A DNA stretch of 64,000 nucleotides from Octopus sinensis (GCF_006345805.1 NC_043006.1:96968001-97032000); one strand, 5' to 3'. Shown: positions 26,594-41,116, counted from the first letter of the stretch. Translations and numbers: made by a program. The notes: generated from the sequence alone by a model not told the origin.

Positions 26594-26697
26594 ATAATAT
26601 ATATATATGTATATGAATATATATATATACATACATTCAATTTCCATACACACACACACACACATATATCTATATCTATATGTGTGTGTGTGTGTAT

Positions 26698-27564
26698 AAG
26701 GCGCAAGCGTGACTATAATAAAACGTTTGCCTCGCAACCACATGGTTATAAGTTCATTCCCACTTCGGTGCGCATTGGGCAGTTGTCTTCTACTACAACC
26801 GCAGGTCGATCAGAGCCAGTCAGTGACTGGACTCGGTAGCTGAAAAACGCCCATCGTGTATGTATATATATATATATATATATATAGGTAAACAGTAAAA
26901 ATAATTACAGACATGGACAAGAACATGAAACACCACAGAGACGACACAAGAACCACAGGACGGGACATTCGAAGCCCTCAGTCATCAGTCAAGAACCAGA
27001 TCATCTTAGCAATTTCAGAGGATAATAATTATTAAAAAATAATAATATTTTTACTTGTGGTCAGCATCCGTAATTAAAAGTCAGAAGATATAAATAGTGC
27101 AAAAGATTCCATACATGGCTAGAAATCCACTATGTGAATATCTTACATGCTCTTTCTAGCATGTAATAAATCCACATAGTGGATTTCTATCCGTCTATAC
27201 AATCTTATGCACTAATATATAGAAATATACAGGTATGTATCTATTTATGTGTGTGTGCGCATTCGTGTGTGTGTGAGTGTTTGTGTTTCTTCGTGTCTTC
27301 GTTTGTCTCCAACCGCTACTTGGTAATCTGTGGTGATCTGTCCCGCAACTTAGCGGTTCGGCAATAAGGGAACGATAGAAGAAGTAGCAGGCTTTAGGAT
27401 TTTTTTAGTCGAATACATCGAACCCAGCACTTATTTCTTAAAAGTCAGGAACTTATTCTATCGATCTCTTTTACCCAACCGCTAAGTTACGGGAACGTAA
27501 ACACACCAGCACCGGTTGTCAAGCGGTGGTGAAAGACAAACACAGATACAAACACACACATGTA

Positions 27565-27617
<53 letters not shown>

Positions 27618-27995
27618 CATACATACATACATACAACATACATACAATTATACATATATACATACATACATGTATGCGACGTGCTTCTTTGAATTTCCGT
27701 CTATCGATCCACTCTCAAGGCTTTGGTCGACCCCAGGAATCATTAAGGTTACAGGGATGTAAACACACCACCACCTGTTAGCAAGCAGTAGTGAGTGGGA
27801 CAAGCACAGATACAAAGATACACACACACACACCACACACACAACAGACTTCTTTCAGTTTCCGTCTACCAAATCCACTCACAAGGTTTTGGTCGGCCCT
27901 AGGCTATAGTAGAAGATACTTGCCCAAGGTGTCAAGCAGTGGGACTGAATCCGAAAGCATGTGGTTGAGAAGCAAGTTCCTTACCCCACAGCCAT
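26698..27995. mobile_element. Cluster of diverged SINE A fragments plus a Penelope-type terminal fragment (26890-27020)
   Basis: Several matches to family A on both strands. 26890-27020 is an inverted homolog of 50907-51045. Confidence 0.7.
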
Positions 27996-28493
27996 TCCAG
28001 CAACTGCCGTGTCTGGGCGCTTTGTCGGGTGGAATTCAATAGATTGCTGGAGTTTTCTGAATACTCTGAGTAAAATAAGAAAAAATGTTTTTTATTTAAC
28101 TACCACCATCTTTCAAATAAGGTTATAAATGGTATTTCTTTTCCTTTTAATCGATTCTATGAGTATCTCCCTGATTCTGTAACAGTTATTGTTGTTGATG
28201 GTATTATTGTAATATTAGTTATATGTTTATGCTTGTGTCCCCCGGAATCTGATAATTTGATTATTTGAAAATAATGTACATCGTATACGCAGAGTATACA
28301 GAAAAATTCAACATGAATTCATTGTATTCCGCCAGATGAGACGCTCATGTACAAAATTGTTCTAATGAACGACATTCTGTAATTGCATATCAATACAAAC
28401 TCAGCAACTTAAAGCTGGTGTCAGGTGCAGAAACAAATGTTGTGATCTACTATTAAAACCTGATGTATTATTCTTAAACACACAAACACACAC

Positions 28494-28580
<87 letters not shown>

Positions 28581-29596
28581 GCACGCACACACACATGCAC
28601 GCACACACACATGCACGCATGCACTGGTTGTATTTCACTTCTGAAACAGATCTAGTGTGGAGAGACATGTCATTGATGAGATCATGAATGGCCGACGAAA
28701 GAACTTTGACAAACCTGGCTGACTGATTGGCTGACAGAACTGTTAATCAAATAATCGATTATTTAATTAGTTAAATAGTTAACCAGCCGGCGAATAAAAA
28801 TTAAGAAGTGAAATAAAACTAGTGCGCATGCGTATTATTGGTTTATTATTGTTCATTATTGTCATAATGGCCCTCCAGAAAAACAGCAAAATTATTTTTC
28901 ATATATTTATTCTAAACCACCAATTGGTAACTTTGGCGATAAGTGTTCGATGAATAATTACGTAACACGCCATACAGCATACGAAGTAATACGTTCTCTA
29001 TATAAGTGTATTTATAAGTTGCTGTAAGATCATGCTGGGTATGGGGGGTGTGGAAGAAGACTGATGCAATGGTGAGCGTAGACAGATTAAACAAAGCACA
29101 ACTCGTTTTGGGAAGGAAGTAGTTGTGTGCCAACTTCTGTTGAACCCGCATGATCTCAAAAACATCTTGAATGCACCTATCACCGCCAGAAACTTTCGCC
29201 ATTGCCGTTATATCCACTACTAACCCAACACCCCCTTATCCCTCCTATCACCGCTACCGTCATCATCCTCACCACATCGAAGCCAGCCCCCCCACCCCGG
29301 GCGAGCTGACTTGTACCAAAACCAACAACTCCACCACCATCATTATCATAACTGGTAATTCTATACCACACGGGTGCAAAAGGCGATGTCCGTACCTGGG
29401 CTGAGGGTATGTGTGTGCGTGTGTATGTGTGCCCGTTCGTGTATGTGTGCGTATGTGTGTATGTGAATGTATGTGCTTGCATGAATTTGCGAGTATTTAG
29501 TTGTACGAGAGTCTTTGTACGCATGCGTGTATGCTTGTACAACTATTTACATGTATGGACATAGATATATATGTAACTCTGTGTGAGTGTGTGTGT

Positions 29597-29633
<37 letters not shown>

Positions 29634-29783
29634 ACGCGCGCGTGTATACAGACGTATACATTCAACACACGTATACAATCAACAAATGTGTGCACACTTG
29701 AATGTGTGAATGTATGAGTGTGTGTGTGTGTATGTGTGTGTGTGTGCGTGTGTGTGTGTGTCTGTGTCTGTGTCTGTGTCTGT

Positions 29784-29815
<32 letters not shown>

Positions 29816-30398
29816 CTGTCTGTCTGTCTGTCTGACGCTGTATTTATGTGTGTTTTAAGTCTGTTCAGACAGCCCCGCCTTGTTCCCAATTTAATCTCAT
29901 TGACCAAACAATTTAAATAAAAGGGTTTAGCACTTGACGTATTCAATGCAACTACCAAAGCAGCCATCACACCATCGAAAATATCACAACCATCACAACC
30001 ATCATAACAAGCATAACTAATACTAGCATCACCCACCATTACAACCACCAGTACTAATAGTAATATCCTATCACTACCACCACTACTACCGCCGCCGCCG
30101 CTGCTGCCACCTTTACACCATTACCACTTCCATCACTACCATTACAACTACCTCCAATACTTCCTCTACAACAACTATACTTATCACTATACTTATCCAC
30201 CGCCTCCCCGAAATCTCTGTGCTTCCTTGTCGCAGATCTATAGGGGACTCTAAAGTACACATCGGTCTACATGGGACTCTAAAGTACACCACTGAGTACA
30301 TTTCGGTTGGTTGTATCTCCTATTCGTATAAATCTACCAGGTGTTATGTATATTGAATTTGTGTGTGTAAGTACCTGTGTAAGTACCTGTGTATGTCT

Positions 30399-30429
<31 letters not shown>

Positions 30430-30635
30430 CACACACATATATAATATATATTATATACGAACATATCCACTACCACCCCATGCCCCCCTTATCCCTCCTA
30501 TCACCGCTATCATCATCATCCTCACCACCACCTCTAGCATGTATATGTGTACGTATATATACATACATACATACATACATACATACATACATACATACAT
30601 ACATACATACATACATACATACATACATGCATATA

Positions 30636-31470
30636 CAGAGAGCGGCGAAAAAACTGTCGTCAAAATTACGCAAAACTGAAAATAACACAAACATCTCATT
30701 TTAATAGACGTATTTACCAAAATTACATAAAAATATCTTGAAATACTAAAGCGTAAATTTATTCAATAAAATCGCCATTCACTTCAACCACGGCCTCCAG
30801 ACAATTTCGGAATCTCTTACAACTCTTCTGGACGGTTTCCTTGATTAAGCTGGTGAATGTTGTCAGAATCCTTACCTTCAGTTCATCTTTGGTGTTACAA
30901 TGAGTTTTGTTGGTCTGTTCTCAACTGCGTCCGATACATAATTATGAAGGGGGTTGCAGTCTGGGGAGTTAGGTGGCCAGATGTTAAGGGGGATGTGGTC
31001 GCAGAAATTGTCTGATAGCCATGACTGAGTTCTCCTGCTTGTGTGTCACGGTAAGGAGTCTTGTTGGCAGATTCAGGGTCTGCTAGCAGCCATTCTCTTC
31101 ACCAAGACAGCACTACCACCTCCAGGCACAAGACGTAGGCCTCCCTGTTGAGTCTGAGTCCGTGTGGAAAGTTGAACGGAGGCATAAGAGCACCATTACC
31201 GGTGTTCACTTCAAAAACCATGATGTTAACCGAATGTTTCATTTTTATCACTCTGTCCTCAGATTGCACTGACCTCACATTGACACCCGGACATTCTGAA
31301 ATGCCGAGCAGTACAGCATGTCGTTTCCAAATTTCTGGCAGAGTGAATTGCGTCATGGTGCTGTTTTCCTCACAGACGGTACCCCACTGAACCCATTATA
31401 CTGTTTAGTCGACAAAATCAAAACATTGTGCATGCACGAAATAAAAAATATAAGATGGCGACAATTTACC
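30636..31470 (-). mobile_element. maT/DD37D Tc1/mariner relic with one probable TIR
   Basis: KHSVNIMVF..MPPFNFPHGLRLN..., QQDS.P*HTSRRTQSWLSDNFCDHI..NIWPPNSPDCNPL. The spacing from the second D to the third-D position is 37 residues. TA|CAG end at 30634. Confidence 0.88.
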
Positions 31471-31521
31471 AATGGCACGTATGTACGTACGTATGTGTGT
31501 GTATATATATATATGTATATG

Positions 31522-31602
<81 letters not shown>

Positions 31603-31645
31603 GTTAGACTTGGCCTGGTCCTATACAGGCCAAAACCTATCAAAG

Positions 31646-31702
<57 letters not shown>

Positions 31703-32252
31703 GAGAAAGAGCGAGAGAGAGAAAGAGAGAGAGAGAGAAGTCTATTGCAACGTAAAGTGGCAGTCTTGATTAGGACGGTAATACTGCCACTTTTAACCCC
31801 AGGAAAACTTCTTTTCCAGTTGGCTATAGACGCACAGCTGCATACTTTTACCTCGAAAAAGGGAGCTAATGTCCCCATTCAGCGTTAAACGGTACCTGCT
31901 GACTAATGGTTTCTGTGTTATTTCTCTTCATCATCAGAAGATAAACGTTGTTTAGAGGTGGAAGCACTACGACTTGTTCGAAGTATATAGTATTAAAAAT
32001 GACACAAAGTCACAGATCTCGCAAGGAGTAAACAATAAGTTTTAAATATCTGAGCGAGAAATAAATAGTAATCTGGGTCTAAAAAAAGAAAGTAACACCG
32101 TCCTAATCAGGGCTGCCACATTGCGTTTGCAGACAGACTTTACTCTGTAGTACTGTTACTACTCATTTCTCGCTCAGACATTTATATCCAATTTTTTCCT
32201 ATTATATATACATTCATACATATCTACATACATACATACATACATACATACA

Positions 32253-32288
<36 letters not shown>

Positions 32289-32289
32289 T

Positions 32290-32515
32290 ATTTCTTTATT
32301 GCCCACAAGGGGCTAAACACAGAGGGGACAAACAAGGACATACAAACGAATTAAGTCGATTACATCGACTCCAGTGCGAAACTGGTACTTTATTTATCGA
32401 CCCCGAAAGGATGAAAGTCAAAGTCGACCTCGGCGGAATTTGAACTCAGAACGTAACGACAGACGAAATACCGCTAAGAATTTCGCCCGGCGTGCTAACG
32501 TTTCTGCCAGCTCGC
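32290..32515 (-). mobile_element. SINE family B (tail B)
   Basis: Near-full copy with tail ...CCCCTTGTGGGCAATAAAGAAA. Confidence 0.9.
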
Positions 32516-32595
32516 TATATACATACATATATAGCATTGATAGGTTTCGTCCAGTATAGGCCCAAGCCATGTCTAATATATATATATATATATAT

Positions 32596-32899
32596 CCGTC
32601 ACTGTGACCGACCAGGCTATCAGATGTTGCTACACATCGCTGGTTACAATGCGCTTCGCATTGTTTTAGCCTTCAAATGACGCCACCCCGCTGGCTAAGC
32701 GAGCAGGCCAACAGAAGAAAGAGTGAGAGAAAGTTGTGGCGAAAGAATACAGCAGGGATCGCCACCACCCCCTGCCGGAGCCTCGTGGAGCTTTAGGTGT
32801 TTTCGCTCAATAAACACACACAACGCCCGGTCTGGGAATCGAAACCGCGATCCTACGACCGCGAGACCGCTACCCTAACCACTGGGCCATTGTGCCTCC
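32596..32899 (-). mobile_element. tRNA-derived SINE family C
   Basis: Head GGAGGCACAATGGCCCAGTGGTTAGGG..GGTTTCGATTCCC; ends in (TA)n. Second copy at 34619-34917. Confidence 0.88.
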
Positions 32900-32936
32900 G
32901 CGCACACACACACCCACATATACACACACACACATA

Positions 32937-33010
<74 letters not shown>

Positions 33011-33233
33011 TGTGTATGTGTGTGTGTATGTGTGTGCACGTATATTCATGTTTTGGAACATTGAATCTCGAAGCACGTAACATAAACCTATAAATTATAG
33101 AATGTACATATATTACTGAAAAATCCTTTGGGATAGAGAAAGTCTAAGACTGTTTTAGATTTCGAGATCCGATATTCCCAAAAAGATTTATTTCACGTTC
33201 TCTCGAAAGTTACAAAACTCTTATGACATTAAC

Positions 33234-33269
<36 letters not shown>

Positions 33270-33291
33270 ACACACACACACACACACACTC

Positions 33292-33325
<34 letters not shown>

Positions 33326-34054
33326 GCATGCATGTATGTATGTATGTATTATGCATGCATGCATGTATGCATGTATGTATGTGTGAATGTATATATGTAT
33401 GTATGTATGTATGTGTATAGTTCAAATAAATGCACAGAAAACAGGGACTTATTTTTTAAGTCTGGTACTTATTCCATCGGTGTCTTTTACCGAACCGTTA
33501 AGTTAATCACGCCAACATCTGTTGTGGAGTAGTAGGAACCATTGGCCCGCAGGTACCGTTTAGCTCCCTTGTTCGAGGTAACAGTTTGCAGTTTTTCGTC
33601 GATAGCCACCTGGAAAAGACATTTTCCTGGGCTAAAAAAAAGGTAGTAATACCGTCCTAATCAGGACTGCCACTTTACGTTGGCAATATACCTCTCTCTC
33701 TGCATATATATAATGTATATATGTTGAGAGGTTTCGGTCAGTAAGGCCCAGGCCAAGTCTAACTTAATAATATATATATATATATATCTATTATATATAT
33801 ATATATATATATTATAAGATAATATTAGGGAGTATAGCTCCAAACTACAGGGAAAAATTCAATTAGTATTAAATCAAATTTTCACAGTCATAAAATATCT
33901 AAAAATGAATTAAATAATATACTATATTATATATATATATATATATATCTATATATATATATATAATATATATTCAATTAATCAATTTAGGGTAGCAAAA
34001 TTGGTAAAAATTTATCGCTACCAGCGGCTATGGAAAAGAGAAATAGCAAAGACT

Positions 34055-34330
34055 AAATTGTATAAATATAACAATTTAGAATGGCCTGAACAGGCCATTC
34101 GTCCACCAGAAGAGCAGCCATAACTCCAACCGCCAAGTAGGGTAATTCGGAATAAGGTGAAAATTTAAAACATTTACCCTAATTCATCTTTTATACGATG
34201 CAATCTATAAAGATGAATTAGGGTAAATGTTTTAAATTTTCACCTTATTTCCGAATTAACTACTTGGCGGTTGGAGTTATGGCTGCTCTTTCTGGTGACG
34301 AATGCTGTTCAGGCCATTCCTAAATTGTTA

Positions 34331-34335
<5 letters not shown>
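34055..34335. repeat. Near-perfect inverted repeat (about 140-bp arms), Penelope-type
   Basis: ...ACATTTACCCTAATTCATCTTTTATA cgatgcaatc TATAAAGATGAATTAGGGTAAATGT... Confidence 0.85.
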
Positions 34336-34369
<34 letters not shown>

Positions 34370-34522
34370 ATCCAAACATGAAACACAAAGAGAAAACACA
34401 ACAACGTGAGGACGTGGAACAAATATAGTATTATTGGACGCTCAGGAAGAAGGAAGAAAGGAGGTTTAAGATCCAGAGAACGGAAGACGGAAGAAAAAAA
34501 TCGCCAAAGGTACACATGCGGT

Positions 34523-34571
<49 letters not shown>

Positions 34572-34618
34572 ATCACGTGACCGACCAGACCATGTCTAAC
34601 TTATATATATATATATAT

Positions 34619-34917
34619 CCGTCACTGTGACCGACCAGGCTATCAGATGTTGCTACACATCGCCGGTCACAATGCGTTCGCATTATTTTAGCCTTTGAAT
34701 GACGCTACCCCGCTGGCTAAGCGGGCAGGCCAACAGAAGAAAGAGAGAGAGAAAGAGTGATGAAAGAGTACAGCAGGGATCACCACCCCCTGCCCAGCCT
34801 CGTAGAGCTTTTAGGTGTTTTCGTTCAATGAACACTCACAGCGCCCGGCCTGGGAATCGAAACCGCGATCGTACGACCGCGAGTCCGCTGCCCTAACCAC
34901 TGGGCCATTGCGCCTCC
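34619..34917 (-). mobile_element. SINE family C
   Basis: Homologous to 32596-32899. Lies between inverted arms 34395-34455 and 34935-34997. Confidence 0.88.
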
Positions 34918-35004
34918 ACTTTATATATATATATTCCCTTCTTTCCTGAGCGTCCAATAATACTTTATTTGTTCCACGTCCTCGCGTTGCTGTGTTTTTT
35001 TGTG

Positions 35005-35200
35005 TTAAACAAGGACAGACAAACGGATTAAGTCGATTACATCAACCCCAGTGCGTAAATGGTACTTTATTTATCGACCCCGAAATGATGAAAGGCAAAG
35101 TCGACCTCGGCGGAATTTGAACTCACAACGTAACGACAGACGAAATACGGCTACGCATTTCGCCCGACCTGCTAACGTTTTCTGCCAGCTCGCCGCCTTT
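35005..35200 (-). mobile_element. SINE family B (tail B)
   Basis: Match to 44462-44691. Confidence 0.88.
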
Positions 35201-35324
35201 ATATGTATATATAATATATTATATATGTATATTATGATATATATGTACATATATATATATTATATGTATGTATGTATATATATATATATGTATGTCATAT
35301 ATATTATATATATATCTATATACT

Positions 35325-35662
35325 TTTTACTGTTTTACTTTGTCAGTCATTTGACTGCGGCCATATGGAGCAAACACTTTAGTACTTATTCTATCGGTCT
35401 CTTTTTGCCGAACTGCTCATGACGGGGACCTAAACACACCAGCATCGGTTGTTAAACAATGCTAGGGGACAAACACAGACACACACACATCATACATATA
35501 CAGGCTTCTTTCAGTTTCCGTCTACCAAATCCACCACTCACAAGGCATTGGTGGCCCGGGGCTATAGCAAAGACACTTGCCCAAGATGCCACGCAGTGGG
35601 ACTGAACCCGCAACCGTGTGTGTGGTTAGCAAGCTACTTACCACACAGCCACTCCTGCGCCC
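35325..35662 (-). mobile_element. SINE family A with internal deletion
   Basis: CCACACAGCCACTCCTGCGCC head (reverse complement). Confidence 0.87.
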
Positions 35663-35825
35663 TATATATATAATAATATATATATATATATATATATATG
35701 TACTTATATATATATATATATATATCTATATATATTATATAGATATATAGATATATATTATATATTATATGTATATATATGTATATATATATTATTATAT
35801 ATATATATATATATATATATGTACG

Positions 35826-35913
<88 letters not shown>

Positions 35914-35970
35914 TATATATATAGATACTTATATATATATATATATGTATATATATATGTATATATTATA

Positions 35971-36010
<40 letters not shown>

Positions 36011-36013
36011 ATA

Positions 36014-36052
<39 letters not shown>

Positions 36053-36060
36053 TATTATAA
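35663..36060. repeat. Long imperfect (TA)n
   Basis: Direct inspection. Confidence 0.95.
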
Positions 36061-36577
36061 AAGCAAAGACGCACACACATAAATATATAGACCAGGTGTT
36101 GCTGTGTGTGAAGAAGCTTACTTCCCAATCACATGGTTCCGGATTCAGTCCACTATATACCACCTTGGGCAAGTGTCTTCTACTATAGCTTCGAGCCGAT
36201 CAAAGCCTTGTGAGTAGATTTGATATACGTAAGTGTATATAAGTGTATATGTGTGTGCTTCTGTGTATAGATTTTATGATTATTATTTTATTATTTTTAT
36301 GAATTTGTTTTGTAAGATTCCTGATGTGAAATCATGTGTTAAAACAGATATTGTTATATTTTGGGATGGTCATCTTTTTAGATACAGGAGGAAACATTGA
36401 GCATAGAAGAGTCACTGAAGAGGTCACAGATGTGTGACAAAAGATAGCCAGACAATGGACATAAGATGAAATAAGAACATTAATAAACGAGTGGAGGACA
36501 ACGAATATATAATGCACGTGTTTATTTGGCAAGAAAAAAATGACCATCCCGAAATATGACAACATTTAATTATTCAA

Positions 36578-36790
36578 AGGCGGCGGTGAGCTGGCAGAAA
36601 CGTGAGCCCACCGAGCGAAACGCTTAGCGGTATTTCGTCTGTCTTTACGTTCAGGGTTCTTATTCCGCCGAAGTCGACTTTGCCTTTCGGGGTCGAAAAA
36701 TTAAGTACCAGTTGCATACCGGGGTCGATCTAATTGACTGGCCCCCCTCCCAAAATTTCGGGCCTTGTGCCTAGAGTAGAAAAGAATTAT
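36578..36790 (+). mobile_element. SINE family B (tail A)
   Basis: GGCGGTGAGCTGGCAGAAACG...GGCCTTGTGCCTAGAGTAGAAAAG. Confidence 0.88.
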
Positions 36791-39230
36791 ACATTCCGTT
36801 GTAAATCCACACGTGAATTCTGTAGAGAATTACGTGAACAATATGTTGTCTGGCAACGTCATAGCCTCAGAACACCAGAAATTTGATTTTTATTGGTCAC
36901 TGTTGGCTGTTTGCTTGAAACCGTGGCAGAACCGGTGAAAGCAAACTGGTCTCCTGTTATATAAGGGAGACTATCCTGATGGCATCTGTAATCAGTAACC
37001 AAGTAAAATATTCCTGGTTTCTCATTTGATAGTGATAGCTACAAATTAGTTTCGTTTAGCTTGACAGGTTTAAACTTGTAAATTTTCGAAAAGATATCCT
37101 TCGCCGGCGACAGTCTGATAAAATTTTGAACCTCCGTTTGGAGTTGTGGCTGGCTGCTTCAGTATATGAAACTGATGCGTAGGCTGCCAACAGTGTGGTG
37201 CCAATCCTTTGGAATAGAAGGTAGTAATTGTGATAGTGTACCATGTTGTTGGATCCCTGGTTCCAGTAATTCGAGATGAACAAGCACAAGGAATTTGAAT
37301 TACCCTTTGACTCGAAAGGGCAAAAGAGTTGAATGAAGCGATTTTTGAAAGAGCTGGTAGTAAACTACTATGTAACTGCATTCGATGACCTAAGATCTTA
37401 GTGATTCTTGATATACAATTCCTCTGAAAATACAGTTGCAATTCAGCTTCGGATGTTTCTGCTTAAAGATGCACTACGAGTGATCTGGATATCGTTATTG
37501 TTCGGGTTAGAATATATACCCTTTACGCTATGTGCATTTAAATATTTACAGTATTTACGTTTTTGTGGGAAGTGATGCTATACTAGTGTATCGAAATTCC
37601 CGTCTATATTCTTAGTAACAACCAGATTATGAGTTGCTTATGCTTGATTACCCTACTGTTCCTAGTTTTTATTTGGTGACGATTGGATGGTGTTCTGTGT
37701 AAAACAGCTATATACTGAAATCACCTTTAACTGGCCCTTGTTAAAATAGGGAGCATATCCTGTGTTCCGAGAACAGTTTGGATATTTTCTTTATGATAAT
37801 AAATACTAGCTACTTAATTATGGTTTGGCGAACCACTGGAATTTTTGTTGATGGATATTGTTTCTATTGGATAATGTTACCTTACAATTAAATCTTATGT
37901 TACATCTAAAGATATATTGTCGTTAGTTTGTGATAGAAGGTATGTTCAAGTCAACTTTCTTAAAGATCCTTAAACTATTTTTTTAAACCTCTACTCACTG
38001 TGTGATCATTTGTATAGCACGTAACTGAGAAGCCGTCGTCTCATTTTGATGGAGCTTGATAAAATTGGAAGTGCATTTGCTAATTAGCCCCAACTTCTTT
38101 CTGAAAGGTTTAATTAACCTCCATTTGGAAATGAAGTGGTAGTTGTTTCAAATGATTTTTAAGAGTAACGCAAGCCAGCAAATATAGTGTGCCGATACAA
38201 ATACCTTTCTATTAGAATTAGGTAGTCTCATTATTTCGCTTCGGTGTTTTCCGCGTGTTTCAATGATGCTGTTCGTCAGTAAAATAGCGGGCATGGTGTT
38301 GTGAAGCTCCATTTGTTCCGTGTTTTATTTGCAAAGTTCTACACGATGAGGAAATAACTGGACAGTAACAGCAATTTTATGAAGTTATTGAGGAGGCATT
38401 AGTTCGAATCAGTGTTATGTCGAAAACATGATTATTTTTTCAGTCAAATCCAAAGTATTCAATTTGATAGAAGAGGGTCACGTTCACGCTTAGAAACAGT
38501 GCTTGTTTACAAATGTCCCGCAACTACGTTATTCGGAGCTGAAGGGTTTCCATCACTTGATTGTGTTACGGCTTTACGATACAGTTTAGAATAAAAGATA
38601 CCTAAATTATATTTAAATATTATTCTTAAACAAAGGAAAGGAGGCACCTACATGCTCGACCTTCTTCTAGCTTTGTGCACAGAGTCCAAGATTGCAGTTA
38701 GTATATCTCTATATGTACACAAACAATAATACACACACATACACACACTCCCCCAAACACACACGCACAAGTACACACACATACACTCAAACTTATATAT
38801 ATATATATATATATATATACATGTGCGTGCGTGTGTATAGATAGATGAGAGAGCAGTGTATGTCTATGTGTGTATTTGTATGTTTGTGTGCATGTATATA
38901 TATATATGTATATATATATATGTAAATATATGCATGCATATATATATACACACATAGATATATACATATATAAATAAATAAATATTATATATACATACAT
39001 AATACATATCTATGTATGTATATATCATATATGTGTGTGTGTGTGTATGTGTGTGTATGGTGTGTGTGTGTGTGGCGAACCACTGGAATTTTTGTTGATG
39101 GATATTGTTTCTATTGGATAATGTTACCTTACAATTAAATCTTATGTTACATCTAAAGATATATTGTCGTTAGTTTGTGATAGAAGGTATGTTCAAGTCA
39201 ACTTTCTTAAAGATCCTTAAACTATTTTTT

Positions 39231-39440
39231 ATTCTTTTATTCTTTCTTTTATTATTTCAGTCATTTGACTGTGGTCATGCTGGAGCACCTCCTTTAGTCG
39301 AGCAAATCGACCCCAGGACTTATTCTATCGACCTCTTTTGCCGAAACGTTCAGTTACGGAGACGTAAACACACCAGCATGGGTTATCAAGCGATGCTGGG
39401 GGGGAAGGGACAAACACATACACACAAACAAATGCACACA
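39231..39440 (-). mobile_element. SINE family A, 3' half
   Basis: TTTCAGTCATTTGACTGTGGTCATGCTGGAGCACC. Confidence 0.87.
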
Positions 39441-39455
39441 CACACGCATACATAC

Positions 39456-39499
<44 letters not shown>

Positions 39500-39665
39500 T
39501 ATATTCGCTGACAATAAGGAATAATCACAGTGTTTTAATAATCTATGCATGTTTTGAAATGAATTTATGAAGTGTGTGCACCTTATACACACATATATAT
39601 ATATACAAAAGTATACATGGGTAGGGCCGTAAGTATATATATATATGTTATGTTTACATATTTAT

Positions 39666-39704
<39 letters not shown>

Positions 39705-40154
39705 CTCTCACTCCATATGGCATCATATGAAAGCGATAATTCAAAATATTTAAAAAGTGGAACATTTCATAATGTACGTACCATAATGTACGTACCATCT
39801 ACCATTTAGCTGGAAATTCTGGGAAAACGTTCACGTTATTGCATAATTATACAGTAATTATATATATTGCAATTATGGTATACAGACACACACACTCACA
39901 CACCACACACACACAGACACACAGACACACAACATACACAAACACACAGGCACACAACACACACACACGGATAAATGCTTACACACATATAAACGTGTAG
40001 ATATATACATATATAATATACATACACACTCACACATGCATATATTTATATACATATATATATACATTTATACGTAATCATTTAACCGTACATTACGTGT
40101 GTGTGTGGTGCGTACAGATATATATCTATATATATATAATATATATATATATAT

Positions 40155-40186
<32 letters not shown>

Positions 40187-40789
40187 ATATATCTAGTATG
40201 TATATGTATATATAGACGCATACATACATATATATATATGTGCTACATTATGTAGACAGCCGTACACACACATACATATATACGTGTTCTGTACATGAGG
40301 GTGTTGTTGATATGTCTATGTATGTATTTATGTCTATGTGTGCATATCTATCTATCTTTCCATATTCACATGCAAACACACATACACACACATATATGTA
40401 CACGAACACGTATAGGTATATACGCGCTCACACATACACAAATACACACACACACACATGCACACATATATATGTCTGTTAGAATATTTGTATATATGTT
40501 TATGTACTTTTTTTCATATGCGTCTGTGTGTATCTTTATATACGAGTGCACGCATAAGTCCTTATATCGTACTTCAAATAATGTTATCACAGCTGCCTTA
40601 CTTGGAAGTAAATTAACGATATTCCGTCTGATATATTTTTTAAAAAGTAATTCCCACTTACGATAAAGTTTGAACAGGAACTTTAAAACATAAGTAAAGA
40701 GGGAACATGTGAGACCTATTCATATTCAATGGTTCCTAGTTTTATGATGAGTTTCTTGGTAATCCTGTATATTTATAAACACCGTCAGT

Positions 40790-41116
40790 GAGGGCGCGTG
40801 GCTTAGTGGTTAGGGCATTCGGCTCATGATCGTAAGGTTGTGAGTTCGATTCCCGGCGACGCCTTGTGTCCTTGAGCAAGACACTTTATTTCACGTTGCT
40901 CCAGTCCACTCAGCTGGCAAAAATGAGTTGTACTTGTATTTCAAAGGGTCAGCCTTGTCACTCTCTGTGTCACGCTGATTATCCCCGAGAACTACGTTAA
41001 GGGTACACGTGTCTGTGGAATGCTCAGCCATTTGCACGTTAATTTCATGAGCAAGCTGTTCCGTTGATCGTATCAGCTGTGACCCTCGTCGTCGTAACCG
41101 GCGGAGTCTTTTTTTT
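40790..41116 (+). mobile_element. tRNA-derived SINE family D
   Basis: A-box TGGCTTAGTGG, B-box GAGTTCGATTCC, central GTGTCCTTGAGCAAGACACTT (V/CORE-like domain), oligo-T end. Confidence 0.85.

Noticed and set aside
28673-28705. TTGATGAG...CGAAAG hammerhead
   Set aside because: Core C is missing and the stems do not pair.
30237-30290. Short tandem duplication of GGGACTCTAAAGTACAC
   Set aside because: Two copies only; ordinary local slippage.
40790-40862. Functional tRNA gene
   Set aside because: A and B boxes are present but there is no proper acceptor stem, and the sequence continues into a SINE body.
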